In this document: positions 47,387 through 56,936 of the stretch, piece by piece | How the letters are laid out: each line of letters begins with the position of its first letter | Numbering within the stretch: the stretch's first letter is position 1 | Assembly: GCA_047602425.1 (NCBI GenBank) | Contig: JASGHG010000001.1 | Location: 480,001 to 544,000, forward strand | Source of the DNA: Nibricoccus sp. | GTDB lineage: Bacteria > Verrucomicrobiota > Verrucomicrobiia > Opitutales > Opitutaceae | Direction of reading: 5' to 3' | DNA length: 64,000 nucleotides | The notes under the pieces: generated by a model | What the model was told of the DNA's origin: nothing | Seen by the model: the letters and a program-made list of their open reading frames with translations, nothing else | Database searches by the model: none | Program-made: the position numbers and the translations under genes

Positions 47387-49402
47387 ATGCCCATAACTCG
47401 TTCATCCTTCTTCACAGCCGCTATACGCCGTTACTTCTACAGCGGCTGGGCCTTCCTTATTCCCTACCTAGCGGTCTACCTACTCTACTACGTCACCAAG
47501 TGGCCGGTAAACACGGCAAACAGAAACCAGACACTAGAAGCCGGAAGCCAGATAACTACGAGTTTGGTACCATGCCTGCTCCACATTTATTGGGTCCTGC
47601 ACGCAATCCATGTCATTCTTGGAGGCTTCGCCCTGTGGAGCGCGCTCCACGCGAGACTAAGTGGGAAGCTGGAAGTTTTAAGCGAAGGAAATCCTCAATG
47701 CAAAACCTCCAACTTAAAATGGCTCACGCGCATTGCGCCGTGGGCTTTGCTCGCCCTACTCTTCTACATCCCCGGCGTCTACCTCGAATGGCCCTCTGAC
47801 CCGTGGGAACACCTGCGCCGCATCAACGAATGGCGTATCCTTGATACCGTTGGCGCGCACTCCTTCTGGAGTAAATCTGCATACTTTATCCCCTATAGTC
47901 TACTCAGCTGGTGCATCGGCCTCCGCCAAATCTTCTGGCTCGATTTTTATTATACAGGTGTCTGCCTATTACTCTGCTGGCAGTATTATCGCTTCTCCCG
48001 CGCCTGCGGCCTCGGCGAACGCGCCTCGATGGTGTTTGTCATTATACAAGCACTGCTATTCGGGAATAATATATTCTCGTTCTATAGATACTACGGTATA
48101 TCCAGCAGCATCTACGCCCAATTAGGCGCCATCGCCCTCACACGCATCATTCTAGAATTTGCTTCATGGAGAACTAGTGTAGCACCGCAGCATTCTCCTT
48201 ATTCGACTTTCCTAACTTCCGCATCCCATCCGCCTCCCCGCCCCATCTTCTGGCATTTGCCATCGCTACTTCGCCTCTTACCTATCACCTTTTGCCTACT
48301 ACCCTTTATTGCCTTCAATCACCCGCAAGGCCTTGGCATCGCCGGACTCGGAGTCATCGCAATCGTCGTTTGGCGCCTGATCGAGTGGAAATATTCGGTT
48401 ATCTGGTGGCTAACGGGAGGTGCACTTGTCATCAATGCTCTCTTTCTTTCGTTATACCCTCGACTCGCCATTATCGAAACATACCGCGAGCACGGCTACC
48501 TAAATGCATGGTACGGTTTTAACATCCTCGATCTCACCTCAGCCGCAGGCGACCGCATGCTACAAATTGTCAGCGGTGCTGGACTCATTAATTTGGCAGC
48601 TGCGCTACTTCTATTCCGCCGTAATCACCCAATCGCATGGTTTACAACCATTCCATTTTTCGCTCTTCTCTTTCCCTGCTTAAGTCTTCCCCTCGCGAAT
48701 GCCCTTTCCGCAAATGACGCTACGGTCAGTATTATTACTTTCCAACGAATGCTCTTTGCGATCCCTTTTGGGTGGGCACTCATTTACCAATGGGGCCATT
48801 TGGGCTCCGCTATTTTATGCCAGCGCCAGCTATCATCTATAATACGCAAGACATTGCGCATAGTCGGTTTCGAAGCCAATACTTTGCTTACAAGTCTTGT
48901 ACTCGCTACAATTGTCACCATTACCCAAGCTAGCCCTGGCTACAATCGATCATGGCATGCTGTCATACATACTTCAGACGACTTAAAAATGCAGCCTATG
49001 CTGAGCATAGCCAAATGCATTTCGTCACATCGCACACACTCTTCGCAACTCGTAACGTCGTATTGCATCGGGGCTGTGCTTCAGTCGATTGGCGTATCCG
49101 ACGTTATCTACGCATTGCGTGCAATCTCGATTCCAAAGCCAGATATTATAAATCCTACCATTCATAAAATCCGAACGATTATGCCTAGTGATACAATCAT
49201 CATCGTTCCCAAAGCAGCTTCATTATATACATTCTGTTCTCAGAGCGGCATACTATCCAACCATTGGCCCGCCCAGCAAACTCCCTGTGACTATCTTGGT
49301 GGCACCGAGCTAACTTCGGAGATTGCTAAACACAATCTATCAACACTAGTATGTGCGCAGGGAGAGCTCTATCAATTCTCTGCACTGCGATCCCGACCGT
49401 AG
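47387..49402 (+). CDS. Large polytopic membrane protein, possibly GT-C-like
   Basis: More than 10 hydrophobic segments; EWPSDPWEH loop after an early TM; opposite strand to the surrounding cluster. Confidence 0.7.
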   Translation: MPITRSSFFTAAIRRYFYSGWAFLIPYLAVYLLYYVTKWPVNTANRNQTLEAGSQITTSLVPCLLHIYWVLHAIHVILGGFALWSALHARLSGKLEVLSEGNPQCKTSNLKWLTRIAPWALLALLFYIPGVYLEWPSDPWEHLRRINEWRILDTVGAHSFWSKSAYFIPYSLLSWCIGLRQIFWLDFYYTGVCLLLCWQYYRFSRACGLGERASMVFVIIQALLFGNNIFSFYRYYGISSSIYAQLGAIALTRIILEFASWRTSVAPQHSPYSTFLTSASHPPPRPIFWHLPSLLRLLPITFCLLPFIAFNHPQGLGIAGLGVIAIVVWRLIEWKYSVIWWLTGGALVINALFLSLYPRLAIIETYREHGYLNAWYGFNILDLTSAAGDRMLQIVSGAGLINLAAALLLFRRNHPIAWFTTIPFFALLFPCLSLPLANALSANDATVSIITFQRMLFAIPFGWALIYQWGHLGSAILCQRQLSSIIRKTLRIVGFEANTLLTSLVLATIVTITQASPGYNRSWHAVIHTSDDLKMQPMLSIAKCISSHRTHSSQLVTSYCIGAVLQSIGVSDVIYALRAISIPKPDIINPTIHKIRTIMPSDTIIIVPKAASLYTFCSQSGILSNHWPAQQTPCDYLGGTELTSEIAKHNLSTLVCAQGELYQFSALRSRP

Positions 49403-49519
49403 CCCACATTAATTTGGATCAAAACTATAGTGCGCTACAATCCGATAATTCTACCTCAGTCTTTACAGATACGGATTACATTCTCACCGCTACCTCCTTC
49501 AAGAAGTGATGGTCAAATC

Positions 49520-50572
49520 TTACATCGATCGTTCTCCTCTTTCCAAGAGAACGGTTAGTATCCATGTGACAACTACGAACAACATGGCGATACTCGCAGC
49601 CAGCAAAATCCCACCACTACCGACGAATTTTAGTGCAACTATGGAACAGATGATATTCCATAAACAATAATAGGTTGCAACTGCAGAGTGACTCCCCCCC
49701 CCCTGCACCATTCGCTGATATAGGTGTGTTCGATGCGCTTTCCAAACTGGTTCATGGTTCGCAACGCGACGGAAAAATGTAAACAGCCCATCAGCCAGAA
49801 AGGGCCACAATGCCATGATGGCGAACGTTGGCAATCGGGCGTAAAAATGATGCTGGGAAGATAATTCTTGCAACGCAATTATTGGCAGTATCCCAAAGCA
49901 AAACCCAAGAAAAGCACTACCAACATCACCCATAAATATCTTTGCGGGAGACCAGTTATGGCAAAGAAAACCAATACACCCTCCCGCCAACAGGGCACCC
50001 ATGACAGCTACGCCTTGAGCGCCGACCGACAAGCCAACACCAGCCCAAAAAAAGCCGGCAGTGGCTCCTTGTAGCCCAGCTATGCCATCAATTCCGTCCA
50101 TAAAATTGAAAACATTAGTTAAGCCTACAATCCAGAGAACTGTTAGCGGAGCTCCTAACCATCCCAGTTGAAACTCGAAACCGAGCTGAACAACTTCAAA
50201 CGCACCAAATACTTTTATAACGACCACCGCAGCAACTAGGTGAACGCCCAATCTTATGCCGGGCCCCACCGATCGGAAATCATCCCGCAGACTAACTCCC
50301 GCTATTCCAAGAGCGGTTGTTGCCAACGTGACTATCTGAAAAGTAGATAGATGAATTTCGCACAAGCACCACGAAGCGATTAGCCCAATGCACCATGTAG
50401 CGACAATACCCACTCCACCACCTCGTGGTGTGACTTTGGTATGGGAACTCCGCTCGTTTGGCCGATCAACAAGTCCCAGTACAGGAGCCTTTCTGACAAT
50501 AAATGCTACCAAAGCTGAGCATACAATTGCTGATATCCCGGTATAAATCAGCATACTCGAAATTGTTTTCAA
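49520..50572 (-). CDS. Undecaprenyl-phosphate N-acetylhexosamine-1-phosphate transferase (WecA/WbpL, MraY family)
   Basis: PNERSSH..TPRGGG, DD, NFMDGIDG, IFMGDVGS and AHRTHLYQ motifs. Confidence 0.93.
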   Translation of the reverse strand: MKTISSMLIYTGISAIVCSALVAFIVRKAPVLGLVDRPNERSSHTKVTPRGGGVGIVATWCIGLIASWCLCEIHLSTFQIVTLATTALGIAGVSLRDDFRSVGPGIRLGVHLVAAVVVIKVFGAFEVVQLGFEFQLGWLGAPLTVLWIVGLTNVFNFMDGIDGIAGLQGATAGFFWAGVGLSVGAQGVAVMGALLAGGCIGFLCHNWSPAKIFMGDVGSAFLGFCFGILPIIALQELSSQHHFYARLPTFAIMALWPFLADGLFTFFRRVANHEPVWKAHRTHLYQRMVQGGGSHSAVATYYCLWNIICSIVALKFVGSGGILLAASIAMLFVVVTWILTVLLERGERSM

Positions 50573-50583
50573 TTTATGAAGGT

Positions 50584-51567
50584 CTAAATATTTTTATAAA
50601 ATGTTGCATGCCGCGCCAATGCTTCTACAAAGTTGGGCAGAGGAATATCCGGCAATGTTTCCAGCATACGACTGTTATCAATAACGGTAGATGTAGTCAA
50701 CTTTCCCAAGGTATCTAGCGTGAGAGGAAATCCGTTTATTACCCTATTTATCACAGTTCCTCCTGCCGATAGCACTTTGAATACAGACATCGGCAGCGAA
50801 ATCGGGCGAGGGAAACCACAATATTTTGAATACGCCTCGCACATTTCTCGCAGGGTCGGAGTGTCCGTAATGGCAGCATTAATTAACCGATAACGTGGAG
50901 TCGTTTTAAGTGCCATCTCCACCAAGACCTCTACAGCAACATCTACAGGAATCACACTTTTCCTAGCGTCACCATCGCCAGGCACAAGGAATTGTCTCCG
51001 TTTTAGCCCACGTGCGAGTTTAGCAAAATTTGCTCGATCACCCTCACCAAAAACAGTCGCAAGCCGGATTACACGCCAGTCCAGCGAAGACTTTGATATG
51101 ATAGATTCCCCTTCTAGTTTGGTCTGGGCATAGGCAGAAACCGGTTTGATCAAAACATCCTCACTAACCGGTTGCCCAACTGCACGTTTCCAGTCATATC
51201 CGGCGATTGTTGAAACATATACTATGCGATCTACGCCGTTTTGGAGACAAGCATTAACTAGATTCTGCGTACCTCGAACATTCGCTTCTTTAAACGCCTG
51301 CACCTCCTCAGGCGTTTCTACCGGTCGGTGGGCACGTCCAGCGCAGTGAATCACAGTTTTTGTTTTTTGGAGCAGCCTGCGAAGGTCTGGCGTTGGATTG
51401 CCAAGCAATGCTAATTCTCCCTCGAATACCTCGATCCATGGACCCGTTGAACCAACCATATCGTATCCTACCACCAAACAACCTTTTTCGCTAAGCCGGC
51501 AGGAAACGCGTCGACCTATCCAACCCGCTGATCCAGTAACTAAGATCAAATCACGAAGAGTGTTCAT
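50584..51567 (-). CDS. NAD-dependent epimerase/dehydratase (WbpV/WbpK-like)
   Basis: TGSAGWIG, IHCAGRAH and YAQTK. Confidence 0.88.
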   Translation of the reverse strand: MNTLRDLILVTGSAGWIGRRVSCRLSEKGCLVVGYDMVGSTGPWIEVFEGELALLGNPTPDLRRLLQKTKTVIHCAGRAHRPVETPEEVQAFKEANVRGTQNLVNACLQNGVDRIVYVSTIAGYDWKRAVGQPVSEDVLIKPVSAYAQTKLEGESIISKSSLDWRVIRLATVFGEGDRANFAKLARGLKRRQFLVPGDGDARKSVIPVDVAVEVLVEMALKTTPRYRLINAAITDTPTLREMCEAYSKYCGFPRPISLPMSVFKVLSAGGTVINRVINGFPLTLDTLGKLTTSTVIDNSRMLETLPDIPLPNFVEALARHATFYKNI

Positions 51568-52681
51568 TCAATTCTCCAAACAATTTCAGCCATTGGCGAC
51601 TTGTTGACTCCATTGAGTAGTGTGCATGGGCAGCGTTATATGAATTAATCCGTTTTTTGTGAACTTCTGCAGAACGCTGTGGCAATCCCTCAAGAAGCGT
51701 ACGGAGATTGCGTGCGTCACCCGGTTCAATAACCCAGCCACAGTCATGCGTTTTTATCAGATCAGCCAAATCGGATTGATCCGGACAAATAGCCAGCACA
51801 GCCTGTCCTGCAGCCATTGCGCTATATGTTTTGCTCGGCATGACCACTTTTTCGGCTCCAGGCAGCATGGTGACCAACGCCACATCTGCGCCAAGCATAG
51901 TTGCTTTCCAATCGACAGATTGTCGAGTTCCTGAGAAACTCAGTCGTTCATGGCAGGTATTCTGTAAATGACTTTTAAGTGCATTTGCGCTTGGTCCATC
52001 CGAAGCAATCGTTATGTTGACACCCTGCGGGACGCCCGGTCTCAGAGCCGCTCCCAAAGTCTCCCAATCGTGCAGCCTTCCCATATGACCTGAATAAAGA
52101 CATTGCAGAACTGGCACCTCTCGAACGCCCGGCTCGCAATCAGAAAATTGCGTGGCGTCTGTACCGACCGAAATCACTGCCGTGAGAGGTGCCGATCCAT
52201 ACGAAGACTCCGCATACACCCGCAACCTTTCCCCAAGATATACCGTAGCCGCAGTATTTTTGATAGCATAGCGCGTGGTTGCGGCCGCAAAATGGTATGC
52301 AGGGCTATTCCTGGACCATCCTCCACCGAACATAAGGGCGTCTGGGTAAAGGTCGTATATAAGGTTAACTACTTTAATGCCACGTCGCCCAGCGATGCGT
52401 GCCGCTACCGCCGGCGCAAAAAATGGGTTAGTCACTGACACAAACAAGTCGTTTGTGCTGGCATGCCGTACAGCGCGCGCCATCATTATTGTATAATATA
52501 TATACATAGCCACTCGCAAGCGACAGCGAGAGAGAAAACCCGATTTCGACCGCCAGTAGTCCCTGAGACTCACAGCCGAGTGTAAACGCGCGTCGATACC
52601 AAGTTTTCGCCAAGAGCAAACTTGGTACTCTCCAAAAACTCCACCTCCAACATTCGAACAAAACCAAATACGTTGTTTCAC
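51551..52681 (-). CDS. Glycosyltransferase family 4 (WbuB-like)
   Basis: YDLYPD, YSGHMGRLH and MPSKTYSAMAAG. Confidence 0.88.
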   Translation of the reverse strand: MKQRIWFCSNVGGGVFGEYQVCSWRKLGIDARLHSAVSLRDYWRSKSGFLSRCRLRVAMYIYYTIMMARAVRHASTNDLFVSVTNPFFAPAVAARIAGRRGIKVVNLIYDLYPDALMFGGGWSRNSPAYHFAAATTRYAIKNTAATVYLGERLRVYAESSYGSAPLTAVISVGTDATQFSDCEPGVREVPVLQCLYSGHMGRLHDWETLGAALRPGVPQGVNITIASDGPSANALKSHLQNTCHERLSFSGTRQSVDWKATMLGADVALVTMLPGAEKVVMPSKTYSAMAAGQAVLAICPDQSDLADLIKTHDCGWVIEPGDARNLRTLLEGLPQRSAEVHKKRINSYNAAHAHYSMESTSRQWLKLFGELNEHSS

Positions 52682-52755
52682 AAGATATCGATAAATCCAC
52701 TGTCAATTCAACCAACCCGAAAACGCACCAATATTTAGCGTAAGCTGCTATCCAT

Positions 52756-53739
52756 CTATGGATTGCAGTCCGGACTCTCCATGAACCATTTGGCCGTACG
52801 CCTAATGCCTTCTTGCTGCGATACAAGCGCTGGCCCACAGACAGACGCCGTCCGCGTAACATCAAATATGTATTCTGTTAGAATGTTATTGAGCCTAAAG
52901 GTGTTGAACGGAAAACGAGCAATGCCAGTCCAGTTAATGAGATCACCAGCACGGGCTAAGACTCTCGCCAGTGAAATCGGTAGTGTCGGAATTTGCGGAG
53001 CGTTCATTTCGCGACCCAATGCAATCGTATATTCTCGAAGTGAAAGCGGCTCGTAATCGGCAAGGTAAAAAGTCTGTCCGTAAATTGCAGCCCTGTCGGC
53101 CGTAAGAAGACCCAAATATTGATGGGCAATATTTTCTACATAGACATAAGATTTCAACAGTTGGCCATTGCCACAATGGAAATACCAGCCCTTTCGTATT
53201 AGATGTAGCATGTGTTGATAGTGTGAACTCATGTAGGGCCCCCACACTGTGGTCGGGCGTACCAAACACCATTCTACGTTACCACCGTTTCTATCTCGAA
53301 CAAGCTGTTCCGTCATTACTTTACTGCGGCCATATAAAGTATTGGGGCAGTATTCCGTTTCAGACATTGGAACATGACCAACACGACATACAAGTTGAGA
53401 AGACGTGAATATAGCTCTCCGCACTGTGCGACATTCCTGAATTGCTTCGATGAGATTTTTTACGCCATCAACATTTGTAGCATATCCAGCGATAGATTCT
53501 CGTTCGTCCAAATCAATTCGGGCAGCTAAGTGGATGATGGCGTCCGGCATGATTTGATTGAATGCTCTTTTCAACTCACAACCATCCAGTATGTCGCTTT
53601 TGACGAACCGATGCATCAAGGAAGGGTTTTGAGGTTCCACCCGGTCAAGCCCGATGACTTCAAAACCCGCTTCGAACAGCTGTTTACACAACCACCGTCC
53701 TATAAATCCCGAGCTTCCGGTAACTAATATTTTCATCAA
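52756..53739 (-). CDS. NAD-dependent epimerase/dehydratase
   Basis: TGSSGFIG, IHLAA and YGRSK. Confidence 0.9.
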   Translation of the reverse strand: MMKILVTGSSGFIGRWLCKQLFEAGFEVIGLDRVEPQNPSLMHRFVKSDILDGCELKRAFNQIMPDAIIHLAARIDLDERESIAGYATNVDGVKNLIEAIQECRTVRRAIFTSSQLVCRVGHVPMSETEYCPNTLYGRSKVMTEQLVRDRNGGNVEWCLVRPTTVWGPYMSSHYQHMLHLIRKGWYFHCGNGQLLKSYVYVENIAHQYLGLLTADRAAIYGQTFYLADYEPLSLREYTIALGREMNAPQIPTLPISLARVLARAGDLINWTGIARFPFNTFRLNNILTEYIFDVTRTASVCGPALVSQQEGIRRTAKWFMESPDCNP

Positions 53740-53761
53740 TAGTACGGTAGGTTTTCTGTAA

Positions 53762-55006
53762 CTAAAGAGTAGCGCTATCTTTCATTTTCGAACGCTTCGC
53801 TGCACAGAGTTCGCCGCAGAGATGCTCGTAGGTTTGGGTAATCTTAGCCCAGGAAAACCGATCGCGGACCAAACGCTGACCTCTTTCCCCCATGGCTTGC
53901 ATGGCCGAATGATCTGTCTTAATAAACTCAGTCATCTGCGCTGCAATCTTATCGATATTTAAGGGAACGATCTTTCCAGCACCACATCCCTCGATGTCAT
54001 TGAAATATGCGCCAGGCGTCGTGATAACTGGGCAGCCAGATGCAAGCGCTTCTAGTAAAACCATAGAAAAACCTTCCGCCTCGGTCGGTAGCACAAATAC
54101 TGTCGCTGCCTTAAATAGCGCGTGTTTATCATTTGTATCGGCGATACCCGCATAATGAAACTGGCTAGATAACCCGACTTCTCTCACTCGCTCTGTAAGG
54201 ATCGGAACCATCATAGCTTCGTCGGGACCAGCTAGGACGCAATGAATATTGGTAGTAATTTTCGCGGCTTTAATGAATGCTTCTACAAGTAAATCAGGGC
54301 CTTTCGTCGGGTGAATCCGGCTAATAAACAAAAATACTGGCCTGCCCGCCGTCACACGGATGATGTCTGCTACCGTCGTAGATGGGGTGCCCTTAGTTGT
54401 GGAGGGCGGATCAAAACCATTTGGGATGATTTCGATACGGTTTCTAAGTTTCAGCGCACGATATGTCTCCACCTCTTTTTCGGTCAGTGCAATCAGCGCA
54501 TCAGCTGATTTCATGATCGGACGCTCTCGAAGCCAAATAAAAATAGCCTTTTTAAGCCGACCTCTTTTTAGGCGCAACGGATCGAGGTTTCCACGTTGAT
54601 GATACAGATAAACCTTACCGTGTTTTCGAGCAAAGTTTGCACAAAGCGCATTTGAATATGTATAAGTGATATGACTGTGGATGACATCGCAAGTTGGTCC
54701 AAATTCACTGAGCCACGACGAGAATTCAGGGCCAAATTGGAAAACTGCAGAACACGCAAATGCAGGTATCCCCGTCCGCTGCAATAGCGTTGGTCGAGCC
54801 CGAAAGTATCGGACGTCAACACCGTTGACTTTATTGGTCTTGTTAAAGTCAACGTCAATCCGACCTGGAATATCCAGATCGGAAGCAGCAACGGTCACTT
54901 GGTGTCCGCGCCGAACTAATTCTTCTGCCAAAAACGAAACAGAAAGCAAAGGCCCCCCTCCGCCTTTGGCCGGCTTGTAGTAAACAGTATTAAAAAGAAA
55001 ACGCAT
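53762..55006 (-). CDS. Glycosyltransferase family 4
   Basis: SRIHPTKG and EGFSMVLLEALASG. Confidence 0.9.
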   Translation of the reverse strand: MRFLFNTVYYKPAKGGGGPLLSVSFLAEELVRRGHQVTVAASDLDIPGRIDVDFNKTNKVNGVDVRYFRARPTLLQRTGIPAFACSAVFQFGPEFSSWLSEFGPTCDVIHSHITYTYSNALCANFARKHGKVYLYHQRGNLDPLRLKRGRLKKAIFIWLRERPIMKSADALIALTEKEVETYRALKLRNRIEIIPNGFDPPSTTKGTPSTTVADIIRVTAGRPVFLFISRIHPTKGPDLLVEAFIKAAKITTNIHCVLAGPDEAMMVPILTERVREVGLSSQFHYAGIADTNDKHALFKAATVFVLPTEAEGFSMVLLEALASGCPVITTPGAYFNDIEGCGAGKIVPLNIDKIAAQMTEFIKTDHSAMQAMGERGQRLVRDRFSWAKITQTYEHLCGELCAAKRSKMKDSATL

Positions 55007-55012
55007 GACTAC

Positions 55013-56890
55013 TTAGTGAACAGAAATTTTATGGATGTTCATCCAGAGTTTTAATATAACCAAACTGAAGATACGCTGCGTATTCTTGAGCCCCCGACAT
55101 TGGCCATTCCATAGGGACCTCAACATTTTTTGATCAAAAAGAGCATCCTTCTGATCAAATAGGACGTCCGTAATATATTGCTTCCATTCGCCTTGCATCC
55201 ACGACTGCAAAGGAAGCGAAAAACCCTGCTTCCGCTTGAGATCAAGGGTAGGAGGTAACAGCCTCTTGCCAAGGTGCCTTAGTAGAATTTTGCGCTTTTC
55301 AGGTGTAGCCCTCAAATGGTTAGGAACCTTACTGAACGCAAACTCCATTACATATCTATCTAGAAACGGAGCCCGAACTTCCAATGATGCAAGCATACTA
55401 GCTCTATCAACTTTGACGAGGATATCTTCGGGTAAATATGAATGGAAGTCCATAGCCATCCCGGCCAGAGGAATCCCTTTGTATTTGTAAGCAAATGACT
55501 GTTTGTACTTCTCAGGAATATCCCATCCTGATTCGTCTCGTTTTTGAAACGCCGGTACAAGAGCACGACGCGCAACGGCGTCAAAAAATAAGTTAAAATG
55601 AGCCATTCCATTGCCGATATCCCCTGCACTCCCCATAAGTACTGTGCGTCCAGGGGCACCAATTGGTAGACAAGCGCGAGCAAATGCGGCGAATCCCCTT
55701 CGTAAAGAGTCGGGAATATACTCACGGATTTTTGCGTGTTTATATAGCCAGCTATAAAACGGATATCCCCCGAATAACTCATCTCCTCCGTCTCCCCCCA
55801 ACGCGACAGTACAATGTTGGCGGATTAGTTTTGAAACAAGGAACGTCGGAAGCATAGACGAATCAGCAATGGGTTCGTCGTACTGCCAAGCGAGTTGAGG
55901 CAAAAGATCGAATGTCGCAGGTTGCGCAGCGAGCTCTACGTGATCTGTACCAAAGTGCGAGGCAACCAAGCGCGCGTACGGAGCTTCGTCATACGCGGCG
56001 TGCCCCGGAAACGAGATATTAAAGGTTCGAACTTTGCCGCTGCACACCTTTGCGGCGATCGCGGTCACAAGGCTGGAGTCGACGCCGCCGCTCAGTAAAA
56101 CGCCTATTGGGACGTCAGCAACCATTTGTCGACGGACCGCGTCCCGCAGTAGGCCCTCAAGCTCATCGGTGAGCGTCTCGAGATCGTCAGTGAGTTCTGA
56201 AGCGTGAGCCGGCATGCACCAGTAAGCCCATATGCGAGTGGCCGGCTTTCGCAGGTCCAGAGTGAGGGCGTGCGCCGGGGGCAGTTTCCTGACTCCTTTT
56301 AAGATGCACCCGTCATGCGGTACATAGCCATATGCAAGGTAGTATTGGAGCCCCGAAAGATCAATTACGCGCAAAAAGGGAAGGCCCTCCATAAGCGCCT
56401 TCAGCTCCGATGCAAACCAGCAGGTCTGCCCATCGTGCCAATAAAAAAGCGGCTTTTCTCCCGCACGGTCCCGCGCCAAGAGAGCCGTCCGGCGTCGACC
56501 GTCGTAGATGGCAAATGCGTATGCACCATTCAAACGATCAAGACAACCCTCACCCCATTCCAGATATGATTTGATGATTACCTCGGTGTCGCTGTGCGAT
56601 TGGAATGAGTGGCCTTTAGCCTCGAGGATGGCACGCAGCTCGACGTGGTTGTATACCTCTCCGTTGAAAACGATTGTGACGTCTTGCCGGCCGTCGTGCA
56701 TAGGCTGGTGACCACCCGAGGAGAGATCGATAATCGACAGGCGACGATGAGCGAGCCCCGCCTTACCGTCGGCAGACCACCAAAGGCCCGAATCGTCTGG
56801 CCCCCGATGGCGCATCGTGTCGCGCATACGGGTCAGCGCTTCCATCTGAGCGCCTCCCGAATTGGAAAACACTCCGATTATGCCGCACAT
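55013..56890 (-). CDS. asnB: Asparagine synthase-like glutamine amidotransferase
   Basis: MCGI N-terminal nucleophile, HRGPD, LSGGVDSS, GDGGDELFGGY and KVDRASM. Confidence 0.92.
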   Translation of the reverse strand: MCGIIGVFSNSGGAQMEALTRMRDTMRHRGPDDSGLWWSADGKAGLAHRRLSIIDLSSGGHQPMHDGRQDVTIVFNGEVYNHVELRAILEAKGHSFQSHSDTEVIIKSYLEWGEGCLDRLNGAYAFAIYDGRRRTALLARDRAGEKPLFYWHDGQTCWFASELKALMEGLPFLRVIDLSGLQYYLAYGYVPHDGCILKGVRKLPPAHALTLDLRKPATRIWAYWCMPAHASELTDDLETLTDELEGLLRDAVRRQMVADVPIGVLLSGGVDSSLVTAIAAKVCSGKVRTFNISFPGHAAYDEAPYARLVASHFGTDHVELAAQPATFDLLPQLAWQYDEPIADSSMLPTFLVSKLIRQHCTVALGGDGGDELFGGYPFYSWLYKHAKIREYIPDSLRRGFAAFARACLPIGAPGRTVLMGSAGDIGNGMAHFNLFFDAVARRALVPAFQKRDESGWDIPEKYKQSFAYKYKGIPLAGMAMDFHSYLPEDILVKVDRASMLASLEVRAPFLDRYVMEFAFSKVPNHLRATPEKRKILLRHLGKRLLPPTLDLKRKQGFSLPLQSWMQGEWKQYITDVLFDQKDALFDQKMLRSLWNGQCRGLKNTQRIFSLVILKLWMNIHKISVH

Positions 56891-56936
56891 TTCGACCTCG
56901 CTTTCTTGCAGAATGTTATAAACAGGGAAAAGGATG

